Shown piece after piece: positions 21,291-33,000 of a DNA stretch of 64,000 nt (its first letter is position 1; each line of letters starts with the position of its first letter). The notes beneath the pieces are model-generated. The model saw nothing but the letters and a program-made list of their open reading frames with translations, had not been told where the DNA came from and searched no databases. Both the position numbers and the translations under genes were made by a program. The stretch spans positions 2,028,747 through 2,092,746 of the forward strand of contig MU062062.1 of assembly GCA_013265495.1 (NCBI GenBank), in the 5' to 3' direction. Source of the DNA: Vicugna vicugna (Eukaryota).

Positions 21291-23536
21291 CCCCCAGAAG
21301 CGTCGGGTTCAAGTTGACAAGGGGTGGTGTCTCCTAAGATCCCTTTACATGGTCTTCGGTGCTTTTCTTCCCCTCACGTCTTTGTGTCGACCCTAACCCT
21401 AACCCACGAACTCTAGCCCAGTGTTTATCTGATCACCCCACTTTTGTGCCTAAAATCCCCTCCAAGAACCCCGGCCGCTGTAATCTGCCCGTTTCCCCGT
21501 GGCATCCGTGTCTACTGAGACCCAGCTCATCCTGGACTCCTCGCAAGCGCCTGCGTGTCACGCCCCCAGGGCCTCACTGTGGCTCGTGGGCGCAGCAGAC
21601 ACGCTGTCCCTCTCCGGACCAGGGCCGTGTCTGGGCCCCCGGCAGCCCGGTGCCAGCCCTGCGGCCGGTGAGCACCTTGTTCTGCGTTTTCAGGGCCGGG
21701 GCTGAGCTGCACACACGCTGACGTGGCCTGTGTGGCTTTCACTGGGGCAGACTTGGTGCCAGGAGCCCTGTCCTCTCACACACACCTGCTCCTCGGTCCC
21801 TCCAGGCTGACACCCGACCGGCCAGCACTGGACGGTGACACGGCAGGGGCGGGGCGAGGGGACATCTGACGCAGCAGGAAGGAGAGAATTCAGCCTTCGG
21901 GGGCAGGAGTCTCCTCGTGATGTCTGCGGGTTCGTCAGGGTCCTCCGGAGAGCAGAGCCGCAGGCTGTTGCGCGTATTGTGTGTGTGTGTTACCGTACGT
22001 GTACGTGCGTCACGTGTAGGTACAGGGACAGAGACCACCATCGAGGCACTTAACCCGCCGCTGCGCGCCTGGTGTCAGGGAGGCCCGGCGGTAGGTGTGC
22101 AGGTCGGTGGTGCTGAAAGCAGCCTCCCGGGTTCCTGGACTCACCTTTAGTCCTGCGAGCGCCCCTGGAAGGGTCCCCAGAGGGTCTGCACGAAATACCC
22201 CAGAGCCGGGCGGGAGGGCGAGGCCAGATGGGCCCGACGTGCAGGACGGAGGTGCCCGGGGAGAGGCGGTTGTGGCGCTGAGGAGGGCCGGGGGGCAGCT
22301 TTGGAATTTGGGCTCATTCTTTCTCCAGGGAGGGGCTGTAACTGGAGGGAAGACGACGAAAGCCAGTTTCACAAGTGGTGGTGCCTCCCCTAACCTGCAG
22401 GTCCCTTTCCTCACCTCTCCCCATACCCCAGGCAGGAGGCCCAGTGCCCTGCGAGGCGCCCCGGAGGATGTGGGCCACTGAGGTGAGGCCCCTGGGCTGC
22501 TGGAACTGCAGCCTCCCAGCCCGCCCGCCCCACCCAGGTGTGGGGACCACCCCCCCCAGGCCCAGATGTAGCACTTTCCTGTGCTGTGGAGGGTGAGGCC
22601 CAGGCCCGACGCAGACCCGTGGTCTCCACCTCATTGTTGTTGGAGAGCAGACATTTGTGCCCCTCTTGCTTGGGGACGTCTGCTAGGCGACAGCATCCAG
22701 CCACGGTGATGGGAAGGAGTTGTCGGAGGCATCGCCATGCGTCCACCCGCAGCTCTGTGGGAATCCCAGAGGCGTCCCAGGTCCTCCACCAGGACCCCGG
22801 ACAGATAGGGCCAGATGCCTAGAGCTCCTCCTGCCCGAAGAACCAGCATCCTCAAGGCAGCCAGGGCTCTGAACGCACCGCCAGCTTCTCCGCCATGCCC
22901 TCTAAACGTGGTCCAACTTCACCCTTCAGTACCTGAAGTCGGGGCTCAGGGCCCCGGGGACATACCCCAAAGCCTGCTCGAGGGCACCGTTGGCTGTGCC
23001 ACCAGGCCTCCAAGTCTTGGCTTACGCTCCAGTGGAAGACACTGAGGGTGGACGGGCTCGCAGGCTGGAGGCAATGGGGGAAGCAGGGGTGGGGATGGGT
23101 GCAAACAAAGCAGAGGGATGAAGATGGAGGGCCCGCGTCCCGGGGGCCCTGCCGTGGCCCTCCCAGGTCTGCCGCGGATCACGTCGCTGACCAGTCCGGG
23201 TGGGCTTCCCGGGAAAGGGTGGGGCGGCAGGTCCTGGGGCTCCCAGGAGACACGACGCACCCCACCAGCAGGTTCCCCAAGGAGGACCCCACGCACTCGC
23301 AGGGATGTGCCATGAGAGCTGCCGGGGTCGCTTCAGGAAGCCCTGTTACCTGAGTATGGACACTGTAACCTTGACCCCAGAGCTCCTGGCGGGTGGAGCG
23401 GGGGGAGAGCGCGGTTCATCCTAGGTGGCCCCTCGGGGTGGGAGGGGGTCAGGACGCTGGCTGGATGGAGACCCTTAGAGGCTGGCAGCACCGCAAGGCC
23501 TAGCACATCACACGTTAGTTCAGTGGCCCCAGCTGT

Positions 23537-23558
23537 GCCCTCAGACATGTCTGAGGGC
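23537..23558. repeat. Perfect 22-bp palindrome
   Basis: GCCCTCAGACATGTCTGAGGGC equals its own reverse complement. Confidence 0.95.
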
Positions 23559-24589
23559 GGCCAGCGAGCTCCGAGACGTACCGCCAGCGCACTTGCAATC
23601 ATGCGGAAGCGCAAACATGAAGCGAAGAAGCAAGCGGAGCCCGGCGCCCCCGGGAGAGGCCACAGGGACGACAGCATGGAGGCCGCGGCCACTGCCTCTC
23701 CCTGGGACGCCGGGGGCCGTGGCCGCCCGCCCGGGGCCGGGGCAGGAAGCGCTGTGGGGAGGCCGGGCCTCGTGCTTTCGGAGAATGTGGGTGAAGGGCG
23801 CTCTTGATACTGATTCTGCTGGTTTCAAGAAAGAAAAGCCAGCAGGAGGAATCAGAGACTGACGAGGATCTTGGAGAGGAAACGGGCGTCTGCATCGCAC
23901 TTAGAGGGCGATGTGTCTTCAGGGCGAGATGGCTGCTGGGGTAGGAAGCCTGCGGGAGGACGTGGTGCAAGCGTGGGTAATTAACCCTTTGGGGACGGTG
24001 CCCAGGGGTGCTTTGCTCTAACTCAAGCTGCAGGCATAAAAGTACTTGCTGTAAGTTTGCAGCCTGAGATGTTCTGCGATGTTTCTGCAAACAGCACGCA
24101 GACAGTGCAGCGGGCTGGGAGGAACGGGAGGTGATGGGAAGCTGGGCGTGAGTTTTTTTTTAAGAAAGAAAACTTGGATTTAAGAAATGCCTTTACTCCT
24201 TGACTAAGACAACAGTCAGCTGGCACAGTTCTCACCTCAGTGAGTAAGATCCTTAAGTGCGATGCGGCCGGTGTGGAACACCAGAGACCTGTGTCCCTCC
24301 CTGGGAGGGAGAGTGTGGGACACACGGCCTCCTGGTCAGTTTGTCCTGCGACGTCCGATCTGTAGACTCGCCCGTGGCCTCTCAAGACCAGGGCCGCTGG
24401 TGTGTGCACTGTGCGGTGGTCGCCGTAGTGCCCCGCCCGCGAGGAGCACGGTGCTGGCCCCGCGAGGCGTGCTGAGCCGGCCCGCAGCCCGGCGGGCACG
24501 ACGGCCTCGCGTCTGCTTACAGCGTGAAGACCGCTAAGAAAGGCTCTAATCATGGATCTGACCAACAACTTGAGGGGAGGCTGAGGTGG

Positions 24590-25600
24590 TCGGGAGGCTT
24601 CCCTGAGAAAGTGACAGCTGACCGTGGGCCTGGATGGGCAGGTACAGCCGGAGGTAGGAGCGTGTCACATGCAAAGGCCCCGTGGTGAACACGTGCGAAG
24701 GACAAGGTGCTGGAGAGGCTTGGGGCCCCCAGACGGCACAGGACCTGCAGGTCTCGTCAGGAGAGCCACCTGAGAGCATGGGGCGCACTGCAGGGCTGTG
24801 AGGGAAGGGTGTCCTGGGGGTTGGGGACAGGAGAGTGCACTCTGGCTGCACTGGGGGGCAGACCGGAGGGCAGGCACATAACGGGGTGGACCAGCTGGAG
24901 CCACTGCGCTGGCGAGGTGAGCCGGAGCCCAGGAGGTGGTGGAAGGACACAGGTGAAGCAGCCTTGTTAGGACTGGGGGGGTGGGAGCAGGAGGGACGCG
25001 TCAGTGACGGTGACTCGACGGAGCCTGTGGGGACGCGGTGAGGAAAGCCAAGGAAGAGGGGGTCTCGGGAAGGAGGGAAAGAGCTTCGGCGTGTGACGCC
25101 TTCGCTGTGGAGGTGGGCAGGATGAGGCCGGCTCGTGTCCACGCGTCCCGGGGCCGAGAGGGGGTCCCTGCCAGCCTGGGAGTGGTGCTGGCAGGTGGGC
25201 GGGAGAGGAGGACGGGCAGGAGACAGTGGGGCAGGTGGCTCTGCGGACCCGGGTGGGTCCCTGGGGCCGCCGACCGTTGCTGCTGGATGATCCCGTCGCC
25301 AGGAGCTGTCCTGTGCGTTGCAGGATGTCTAGCAGCCTCCTGACCTCCACCCGGGTGCCCCCACAAGCTGTGACAAGCACGTCTCCAGACATGGTCAGAT
25401 GTCCCAGGGGGACCCTCCCCCCTCCCCCTGAAATGGCTGAGTTCGAAGTCATGAGGGTCAAGTAAGAGACTTGAACAAACTTACAGGCGGTGGTGAGGAC
25501 GCAGCTGAGGGAGAGAAGGCGGAGGGCTGCGGGAGGCGGTGCTCCACTGCGAGGGTGGGGGGCCGGGGACCCGGAACCAGGGCGGCGTCGGCCCTGGGTG
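24590..25600 (-). mobile_element. L2 LINE relic interrupted by MER20
   Basis: Landmarks GGAGGCTTCCCTGAGAAAGTGACA, TGCAAAGGCCC and CACTCTGGCTGC appear in the order expected for antisense L2. Highly diverged; boundaries approximate. Confidence 0.55.
25265..25425 (-). mobile_element. MER20 (hAT-Charlie) DNA transposon relic
   Basis: GCTGTCCTGTGCGTTGCAGGATGTCTAGCAGC...TGTGACAA...GTCTCCAGACAT...AGATGTCCC matches the reverse complement of the recalled MER20 consensus. Confidence 0.7.
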
Positions 25601-26257
25601 GATGGTTGTCCTCGGAGAGGTGACAGGACGGGCTTGCCGTGGGGTGCTGGTGCCCCGGGAGCACAGGGTCCCCGGACTCTTGCTCCCGCGTCCACCCGAG
25701 GGTGGTCCTTAGCGGGAGGTGTGGACACAGCAGGCACGGCCGTTCGGCAGGAAGGTTTACGGAGAACTTGCGCTGGAGAAGAGCTCGCCAGGGGCCTGGG
25801 GAGGAGGGCGTAGGGGTGGCCAGGCTGCCCACATCACACCCGCCTCTAAGGCAAGGGCCCCATCGGAACCAGTCTGACACCGGGATCTGGGCCGCAGACA
25901 TCGAGGAGGTGGAGGCCCTGGGCAGGCCGGCCCCCTGCGGCTCAGGACGGCAGGTGGACAGGGGGGACCTGCGGCATCAGGGAAACACTCGAAGCTCTGG
26001 GTCTGGGGAGGAGCTGAGGGAACATTTCCCTCTTGGGCTGTTACGGTCGGTCATCCAGCTTGTCACCAGATGGGACAGCATCTCCAAATTCTGACAGTGA
26101 AGAGCACTGCCTGCCCACGGAAGGACTTTCCTCGCTCCAAAGGCATGAGACTTGCAGACCTGCCCTGACGAGGGGGCTGTTTGTGTTCGTGGACAGAAAA
26201 GCCAGGAGAAGCCCAGATGGGTGCAGAGCCAGGCCGTGCTGCTCCTGCTGGCCAGGC

Positions 26258-26390
26258 GGGCAGCTTGCTGCTTCTGTGCCTCAGTTTTCTAATCCAAGGA
26301 ATGGGAATAAAATGTGAACCTCGTAGAATTCTTGCAGGCAATCGATGAATAATGCAGCATCTGTGTAAGTCTTAACTGAGTGCTCAACAC
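26258..26390 (+). mobile_element. MIR SINE core and 3' fragment
   Basis: CTGTGCCTCAGTTTTCTAATC...AATGGGAATAA...ACCTCGTAG...GTGCTCAA resembles the MIR core and tail. Confidence 0.65.
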
Positions 26391-27200
26391 GTGGGAAGGA
26401 CTTAACAAGTAACTGCCCAAGATCTGCGTACGTTATAGGTCGGGTGCGTGGTATAAAGAAAGCTGAGATGCGGCCAGGCTTGTGAAAAAGACTCCCACGT
26501 GGTCTGAAAGGGCCGCAAACGGAGGCAGAGCGTTTGATGCCGGTTGAGATGGAAATGTTTCAGAAAAGTCACAGGAGCGATGGGAGAAGGCTTCAGGGTA
26601 AGAAGAACTGTAGTAGAGGAAATACGTGGTTTCAGGTTTGAGGTTTTCTCCGCCAGACGGAATTCTGAGATTTCTGAAGAAAAGCTAACAGTGCTGGCGT
26701 GTCTCCTTTCACTCTGCGGCTTTGGATGATTTCAGAATTTCAGAGTAATGAGTTCCATGAAAATGTTTGTAACTTGACGTGGACACATTATGAGTCGAAT
26801 CTGAAATCCTCCTCCCCCAAAATACCCAAAAGGAAGAAATTATTCACGTCACGTGCCTGCTGCTTCCACAGCTACTAGCACGTGCTGCTTGCTGAGGTGG
26901 TTCCCGATGCGAAAGTGGGGACGTGTGAAACCTAGGCCTTGTCGGGAAGTTGCTGTTGTTTTACTGCCAGAGCCCGTCACCGAGGCAGGGGAGCCGGCTG
27001 TGAGGGGGAAGGGAAAGGGGGCAGCTTCCCGTGTCTGCAGATATAAATCATCTTTCAATCACTGAACGTGGATTCGGCTGCTCGATTCTCTGTGTGTTTC
27101 CTGTCAGCCAGACTGCAGTTTCCGAGACTGGAAACTTTATGTTCAGCATGGAATTACGGGCCTCCACGTTGCCTTCCTGGAGCCCCAGCGCACACGCGGG

Positions 27201-27234
27201 CATCACGCCTGGGCACACATCACGCCTGGGCACA
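27201..27234. repeat. 17-bp tandem duplication
   Basis: CATCACGCCTGGGCACA x2, exact. Confidence 0.9.
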
Positions 27235-27934
27235 CGCCACGCGTGGACACACGCGTGCTCGCGCCCCGGCCCCTCCCCACCACCTCGCTGCAGGCGGTCA
27301 CCTGGCTGCACTGTTCTCTTAATCAGGGGCCAGGAGAGCATCTGCCTGCAGCAAACGCTCAGAAGGAGATTCCCGTGAAAACCAAACAAAAAGGCAATAC
27401 AGCGAGGACGCGGCGGATATTAAATTTTTCATTAGATCCATGGCTCAAAGCTTTTAGGCTCCAGGCTCATAAATGCTGCTTTCTTGCTGACCCCTAATCC
27501 AGTCTAGTTCGAGGAACTTGGCAAAATTTCAGAATTGTGAGACCTGGGTGGGTTTGAAAAATTACCAAGAAGACCAGGAAAATGGATGCAGGTTTGTGGT
27601 GGAAAAGGAGATGAATCAGGAACCCTGAAAATGTGGATTTTATCTTATATCTTTGCTGCTGGGTTGTAGGAGCAAATGGCTGTGCGCGTAGCAGGGCTCG
27701 TGTTTCGTGATTCCACAGGCAGGAATCATCCGTGGACTCACGTGCACGGTGATCAGAAAGCCCCGACCTCGTTTCTGCTCTGTTGCACCAGACACATCCA
27801 TTGTGCTCAAGAACTTGTCCATTGTAGGTGCGCCTACAAAACTGTGTGACCCATAAGGATCGTGGCCGCGAAGCGTCTTTTTACCAATCATCTGTCTGCG
27901 TGTCTGTCATCCATCCGTCCGTCATCTGTCCACA

Positions 27935-28025
27935 TATTCACCAGACGTTGTCTGGAACATAGTAGGTGTGGAATAAATGCATGAAAACTTAATAAAAATG
28001 AAGGAATAAATGAGTGGATGGACGA
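27935..28025 (+). mobile_element. L2 3' end fragment
   Basis: TCTGGAACATAGTAGGTGTGGAATAAATG followed by a GAAT/GGAT-like tail. Confidence 0.6.
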
Positions 28026-29909
28026 CGAGTAAACAGATTAACCAGATTACATGGAACATCGTGGACGCCGTACAGTGACTGCTTGTAGGACACAGGACGG
28101 TGCTGACAGAACAGTGGAGGGCAGGACAGCAGACCGGACGTGGGGCGTTCGGGACCCGGGCTCACACGGTGACGAGGCCCGGGCGCGGTGCCTCTGACTC
28201 ACTTGTTGAGGGGATGAAGCCCAGAGCAGAGCGCTTGGACCCACTCCCGTGACCTTGGTGTCCCTGGTTGTTTCCAAGAAGGGAAGAGCGACTGGTAATT
28301 TGGGAAACACGGGGTGGAGAACAGAGGATCTAGATGTCTCTGCGATGCTGGAACTGGGTTACAGTCAAAACGCCGGCCCTCGTCACATAGAGACAGCGCG
28401 CTGGTGTGATGTGCCAGCCGACCCAGCGGGAGGGGCGAGGCCGCTCCGAGCGCCAGAGACCCTCTGCCCTCCGCCCACGCGGGGCGCGTCACCTCCCAGG
28501 GCCGCTGGCGTGCTGCCGTTTCACTCGCGCATCTGGAATGTGGGACACTCAGACTACGTCATCTTTCTGCTTACATACTTGAAATCTGTGATTTTAATTT
28601 AAAATGATAAAATATTATTTCAGCATCTAACTTAGATATCTGAGCTGACAGTCATTTGTTATCTCCATCAGCCAGCTCGCCACCTGATCAGAAACATCCG
28701 TCTAGTGGGGAGGGTGCAGCTCCGGGGTGGAGCGTGTGACTAGCAGGCACGGGGTCCTGGCTTCAGGCCCCAGCGCCTCCTGTAAACATAAACAAACAAA
28801 CATAAATGAACCTAGTTACCTCCTCCCCCCAAAACTGTCTAGGACAGCCGTACTGTGCCCCGGTGAAGAAGGCGCACATCCGAGGGTGAGTAACAGCCCT
28901 GACCTTAGATTTGTCCCTTCACCTGTTGATTTGCTGAGGGAAACGTTAAGTGGGGACTTACTAACGAGGAGGGCGGGTGCTGCGGGGAAGCCGCGCCTTG
29001 TCCGCTCAGCCCGGGGCCGCTGGGGCCCTGCCTGCCGTAGGAAGATCAGGACTTGAGACACAGCTGAACGAGAGCTTAAAGGCTTTATAACCAATAACCC
29101 TGTAATCCTCACGCCGGTCAGGCTGAGGAGTGGCCGGCGCTGCGGGGAGGAGGCACAAGTGAGGCGTCTCATTCAGAGCAGTGATGAGATGTCGGAAAGG
29201 AGCCTCACCGTGTCTCGGCGCAAATGCAACCTGTAAACGTGCTGAGCAGCAGAGCTGGAACATTCCACAGGCACAGAAGTCCGGGGTTAAAATCCACTAG
29301 TTTAGTAACAAATGTGTGGACGTCCGAAGGAGGGAGAAAACTGACTGCCAAAAAGCGGGGAATGGTTGTAGGGCCTTCACCAGCAGGGGAGAGTCCCGTT
29401 CTGCAAGGAAACACACAGAAGGAAAGAGAAGCAGCTGACAAGATTCGAAGATGGGAAATTCACAGCAGTCGTAAGAAGAGAAGGAGCTTTGAGCTCGAAG
29501 ATTTATGGGAGCTGACTGGCCACGACGCCCGGTGACAACATGGTTCTCCTCCACCCGCTGTCCTTATGGACACTGGTTTACACGAAAGGTCCCGGGCATC
29601 AGTGTGGCCCTGGGTCACTGACCCGGCATGTCCGGGGTTCAGAGGCCCCACGTCCAGCTTCCCTGCTCGGTTAGAGCTCTTGTCCCAGAGGGGCGACCTG
29701 GGCTGTGTCTCTCAGGTTCTTACCATCTGTGGGGACTCAGACTGATCGTCAGTCTATCCGTGTGAAGAGGAACTGTGCTACCACCAGTGCACGTGCCCGC
29801 ACACGTAGCACGCACCTCTGAGGCTGCCACAGCACCAGCCATCTCACCACGCGTCCTGACGAGGGTGATTACCATGGGTGATTGCTCCTGGCGACCACGT
29901 GGTTGTCAG

Positions 29910-30075
29910 AAAACCCTCTGATTTTTCTCAACAATCATATGAGATAGACATTTTAAACTAAGGATCATGTATGAAAAAGCCGAGAATTACAAAGATTAGA
30001 AAAAGATACCCAAGACAGTTCAGGTCATGAGTGGCTAAGTCAGGATTCGTTCCCAGGGCTGCTGGATTTCAAGCC
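29910..30075 (-). mobile_element. MIR SINE fragment
   Basis: CTCAACAATCATATGAGATAG...CCCAAGAC...GAGTGGC...GGATTCGTTCCCAGG resembles antisense MIR. Confidence 0.55.
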
Positions 30076-33000
30076 CTTCTTCTTAGCCACTGCGTCTCCC
30101 GTCACCCGGGACACCCACCTCCTCTGTGGTGGCAGAAAGGAGTAACACTGCACACCCAGTAAGCAGAACTCCTCCTGCGACAAACAGTCTTCGTGACGTA
30201 TGTGTGATTTACAGCCACTGACACTCAGCCTACAAGACACCCTGGGCACTTTTGGACGGTGACACCAAGTGCCCACGGTGAGTCCCAGCATCTGCACAGA
30301 CGGTTTTGAACCAACAGGGTCCAAACGAGGTCAAGAGGTGTAGCTGGACCAAGACGCACCGTCTGATCTTCTGACTCACACTCTGCCAAGCTAAGCGTTT
30401 TGGTTTAAATTGTGGTCTTGCCTAATTCTCTGGAATGGAAAAGGCCAAGGAGCCACCTGAAAGGTTTGCGTCTTGGTGTCTGTATGTGGTAAATACTTGA
30501 CTGTTCCTTGCTCTCCTCGTGAGGTGGGCAGTGGCCTCCCTCTCCATGGATGAGTGGCCGCCTGTGTGAGCTCATTCTTTGAACCCCTGCTGCTACTTCG
30601 GAGGAACTGAGGTTCCAAAATCAGTCAATGTGACGTTTTCTGGTTTGATTGAAGAATCCTGTATCCATAACTTTCGTTGCTAGGATGATTTTTTTTTTAA
30701 CGGGCAGGGTCTGGGCAGCGGGAGTCGCTGGGATGGAATGCGGCTCCTCGCAGCGCCACCCGCCCACCCAACGGGATGAGAAGGGGGAGCGCCGACCCGC
30801 CCGCATGCCCGCGTGGGGAGAGGCGGTCTCTCCTGCTGCTCCTTCGCCGAGCGCCCAGCCGGCTGAACAAATGGGCACCCACGGGGGCTGCGCTCCGGCG
30901 AGGCCAGTGTGCAGTGCCATTAAGTGGCCCTTGCCTGATCCTTTTGACAGCGAGAAACGTGACGTTATCGTAGGTCCTCTGGCGGATTTAATGACAGGCA
31001 CCTCCCGTCTTCTGTCCCTGCTCCCCTTGCACCGCCCAGCTCGCTCCTCGGCGTGGTCCTGACACGCGCACCACATGTGACACCTGCTCGGTACCTGTGT
31101 CTAGGGAGCTGGGGGCTGTTAACCCGTGTCTTGGCTGCACAGTGGCCTTGGAAGGACGTCCCTGCTGTTCTGTGACAGGCGTTTTCCCAGCTGTGAGCTG
31201 GGACAGAACTGGTCCTGGTGGCAGCGGACAGAGGGGATTTCTGCAGAGTCGCTCAGGGGCCAGTGCCCAGATGCCTGACAAAGGGCCACGAGGCTGTGAA
31301 GCATCCAGGCCGCCCTCACGCCGCCTCCCGTTCCCGGGAAGAGGCTGGGGGGGGCAGCAGCCTCCCTTCACACCGCGCAGGGCCACAGCCCAGGACGGCC
31401 CGCTCCCGGCTCCCATCCCCCCGTGTTCACTGTCTCGGCTGCTGCCTTTTCCTAAGAGCTTCCAGCTGACGCTCTAACGTGGCTGGTAGACTTGGTTTTC
31501 AGCTATGAAACCAAGGAGTGAATTTTTGCAAGCGACCCGCCCTTGGTCACGTCACGGTCTTTTCGTCCTGCTCTCCCTTTCACACTGTTTTCTGTTCTCT
31601 TCTGCGGTGACCAGGACAGTCGCCTCCTGCTCTAGATGGGAGTTCCCCGAGTTCCTTGTAGGAAGCACGGAGGCCGTGCTCTCCTCCAGCCTCGGGCGAG
31701 CACGGCACGCTCCGCCTTTCCCTGCAGGGTGGTCGGACGTCCCTTCTTGGGGCCAGTCTCAGGTGTTACCCTTCAGGCGTGCGCTAGGGCAGTAGCTGGT
31801 AGCTTCATGTGGCTGCTCAAATTTAATAAAAATTCAGTGCCGGTCTCCCCAGCTTCATTTCAAGTGTTCAGTACCACGTGTGGCTGGCGGCTACCACAGT
31901 GGACGACGTGGACATAACACTTCCACGACTGCAGGAAGTTCTATTTGTAGCGCTGGTCCAGACCGCAGTGTCAATCTACTGAACGGCGAATTTTTGACGG
32001 AAAATATTTTCCAGATAATAGACATGAAAAAAAATGGCCATTGAGAGACAGTAAAATTCCAAATTCACTTCTTATTCAAATCACTGAAAAGCAATTGAGA
32101 ATTAATGGTTGCTCCGCTGAAGTAGAGAATGTACAAACGTACCTTGGACTGATCCCCGGCCTCGTCCCAGCGTGTGAAGCCCACCCTCCTGCGTGCTCAG
32201 GACTGCTCTGTGGCAGGAGTGTCGGATAGATTTGATGCATTTATGTATTTTTGCTAGTTTGTTTACACATCATCTCATTCAAAAAAATGTGAGTGGCTAA
32301 TTCGAATGGACATAACAGAGTGAGAACCACGGGGCGGCCACCGAGGCCAGACAGCGAAAGGAAGCCAGAGGGAGGGCAGGACGCAGGAGTGCGCTCAAGA
32401 GGTAGAGGGCTTTACCTGCAGACGGAGCTTCCCAGCCGCCGGCGCGGGCTCGATGAGCCGGGGTTTCTCAGCAGCGCTGTGACAAGACTGCTCCTCCCGT
32501 GGCTCTTCCTCCCAGCGAATCCGCCCCCGCCCCCGCGTCTCTCACACAGTCACAGCAAACGGATGTTATGAAATCACTGTGTTCCTCTTGCCGGGGAACC
32601 TGAGGCATGCGCTTTGTAGTGGAGGACACTCTGCTTACTTACAAACCACACCTGGAATGGCCAGAGCCAACCAAAGTCCCAAACTCACACAGGCGAAGAG
32701 AGAACGGCCCCCGAGTCGTCCGCTGAGCCAGGGCAACCTGCAAGGCGGGGCCGTCTCAGGGCCCCCGCAGGGTCACGGGCCAGCCAGCCCAGCACGGAGC
32801 ACCCACCGGGGCGTGCTGAGTCGTCTGGGTCATTGGTCAGTGGGTTTCTCGAAGCTCAAGGTGGAACGGGTTCCTCGGTGCTGGTGAACTTCCAGGTAAA
32901 CTATCAGGTGGACTTCAAAGCAGTCGGTTTGGCAGCTTCCCTTCTATTCAGCGAGTCCTTGTTGAATGTCCACTGTGTGAAAGGCTCTGTGATGGACAAC

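Noticed and set aside
21391-21405. CCCTAACCCTAACCC telomere-like repeat
   Set aside because: Only 2.5 units; too short to call an interstitial telomeric sequence.
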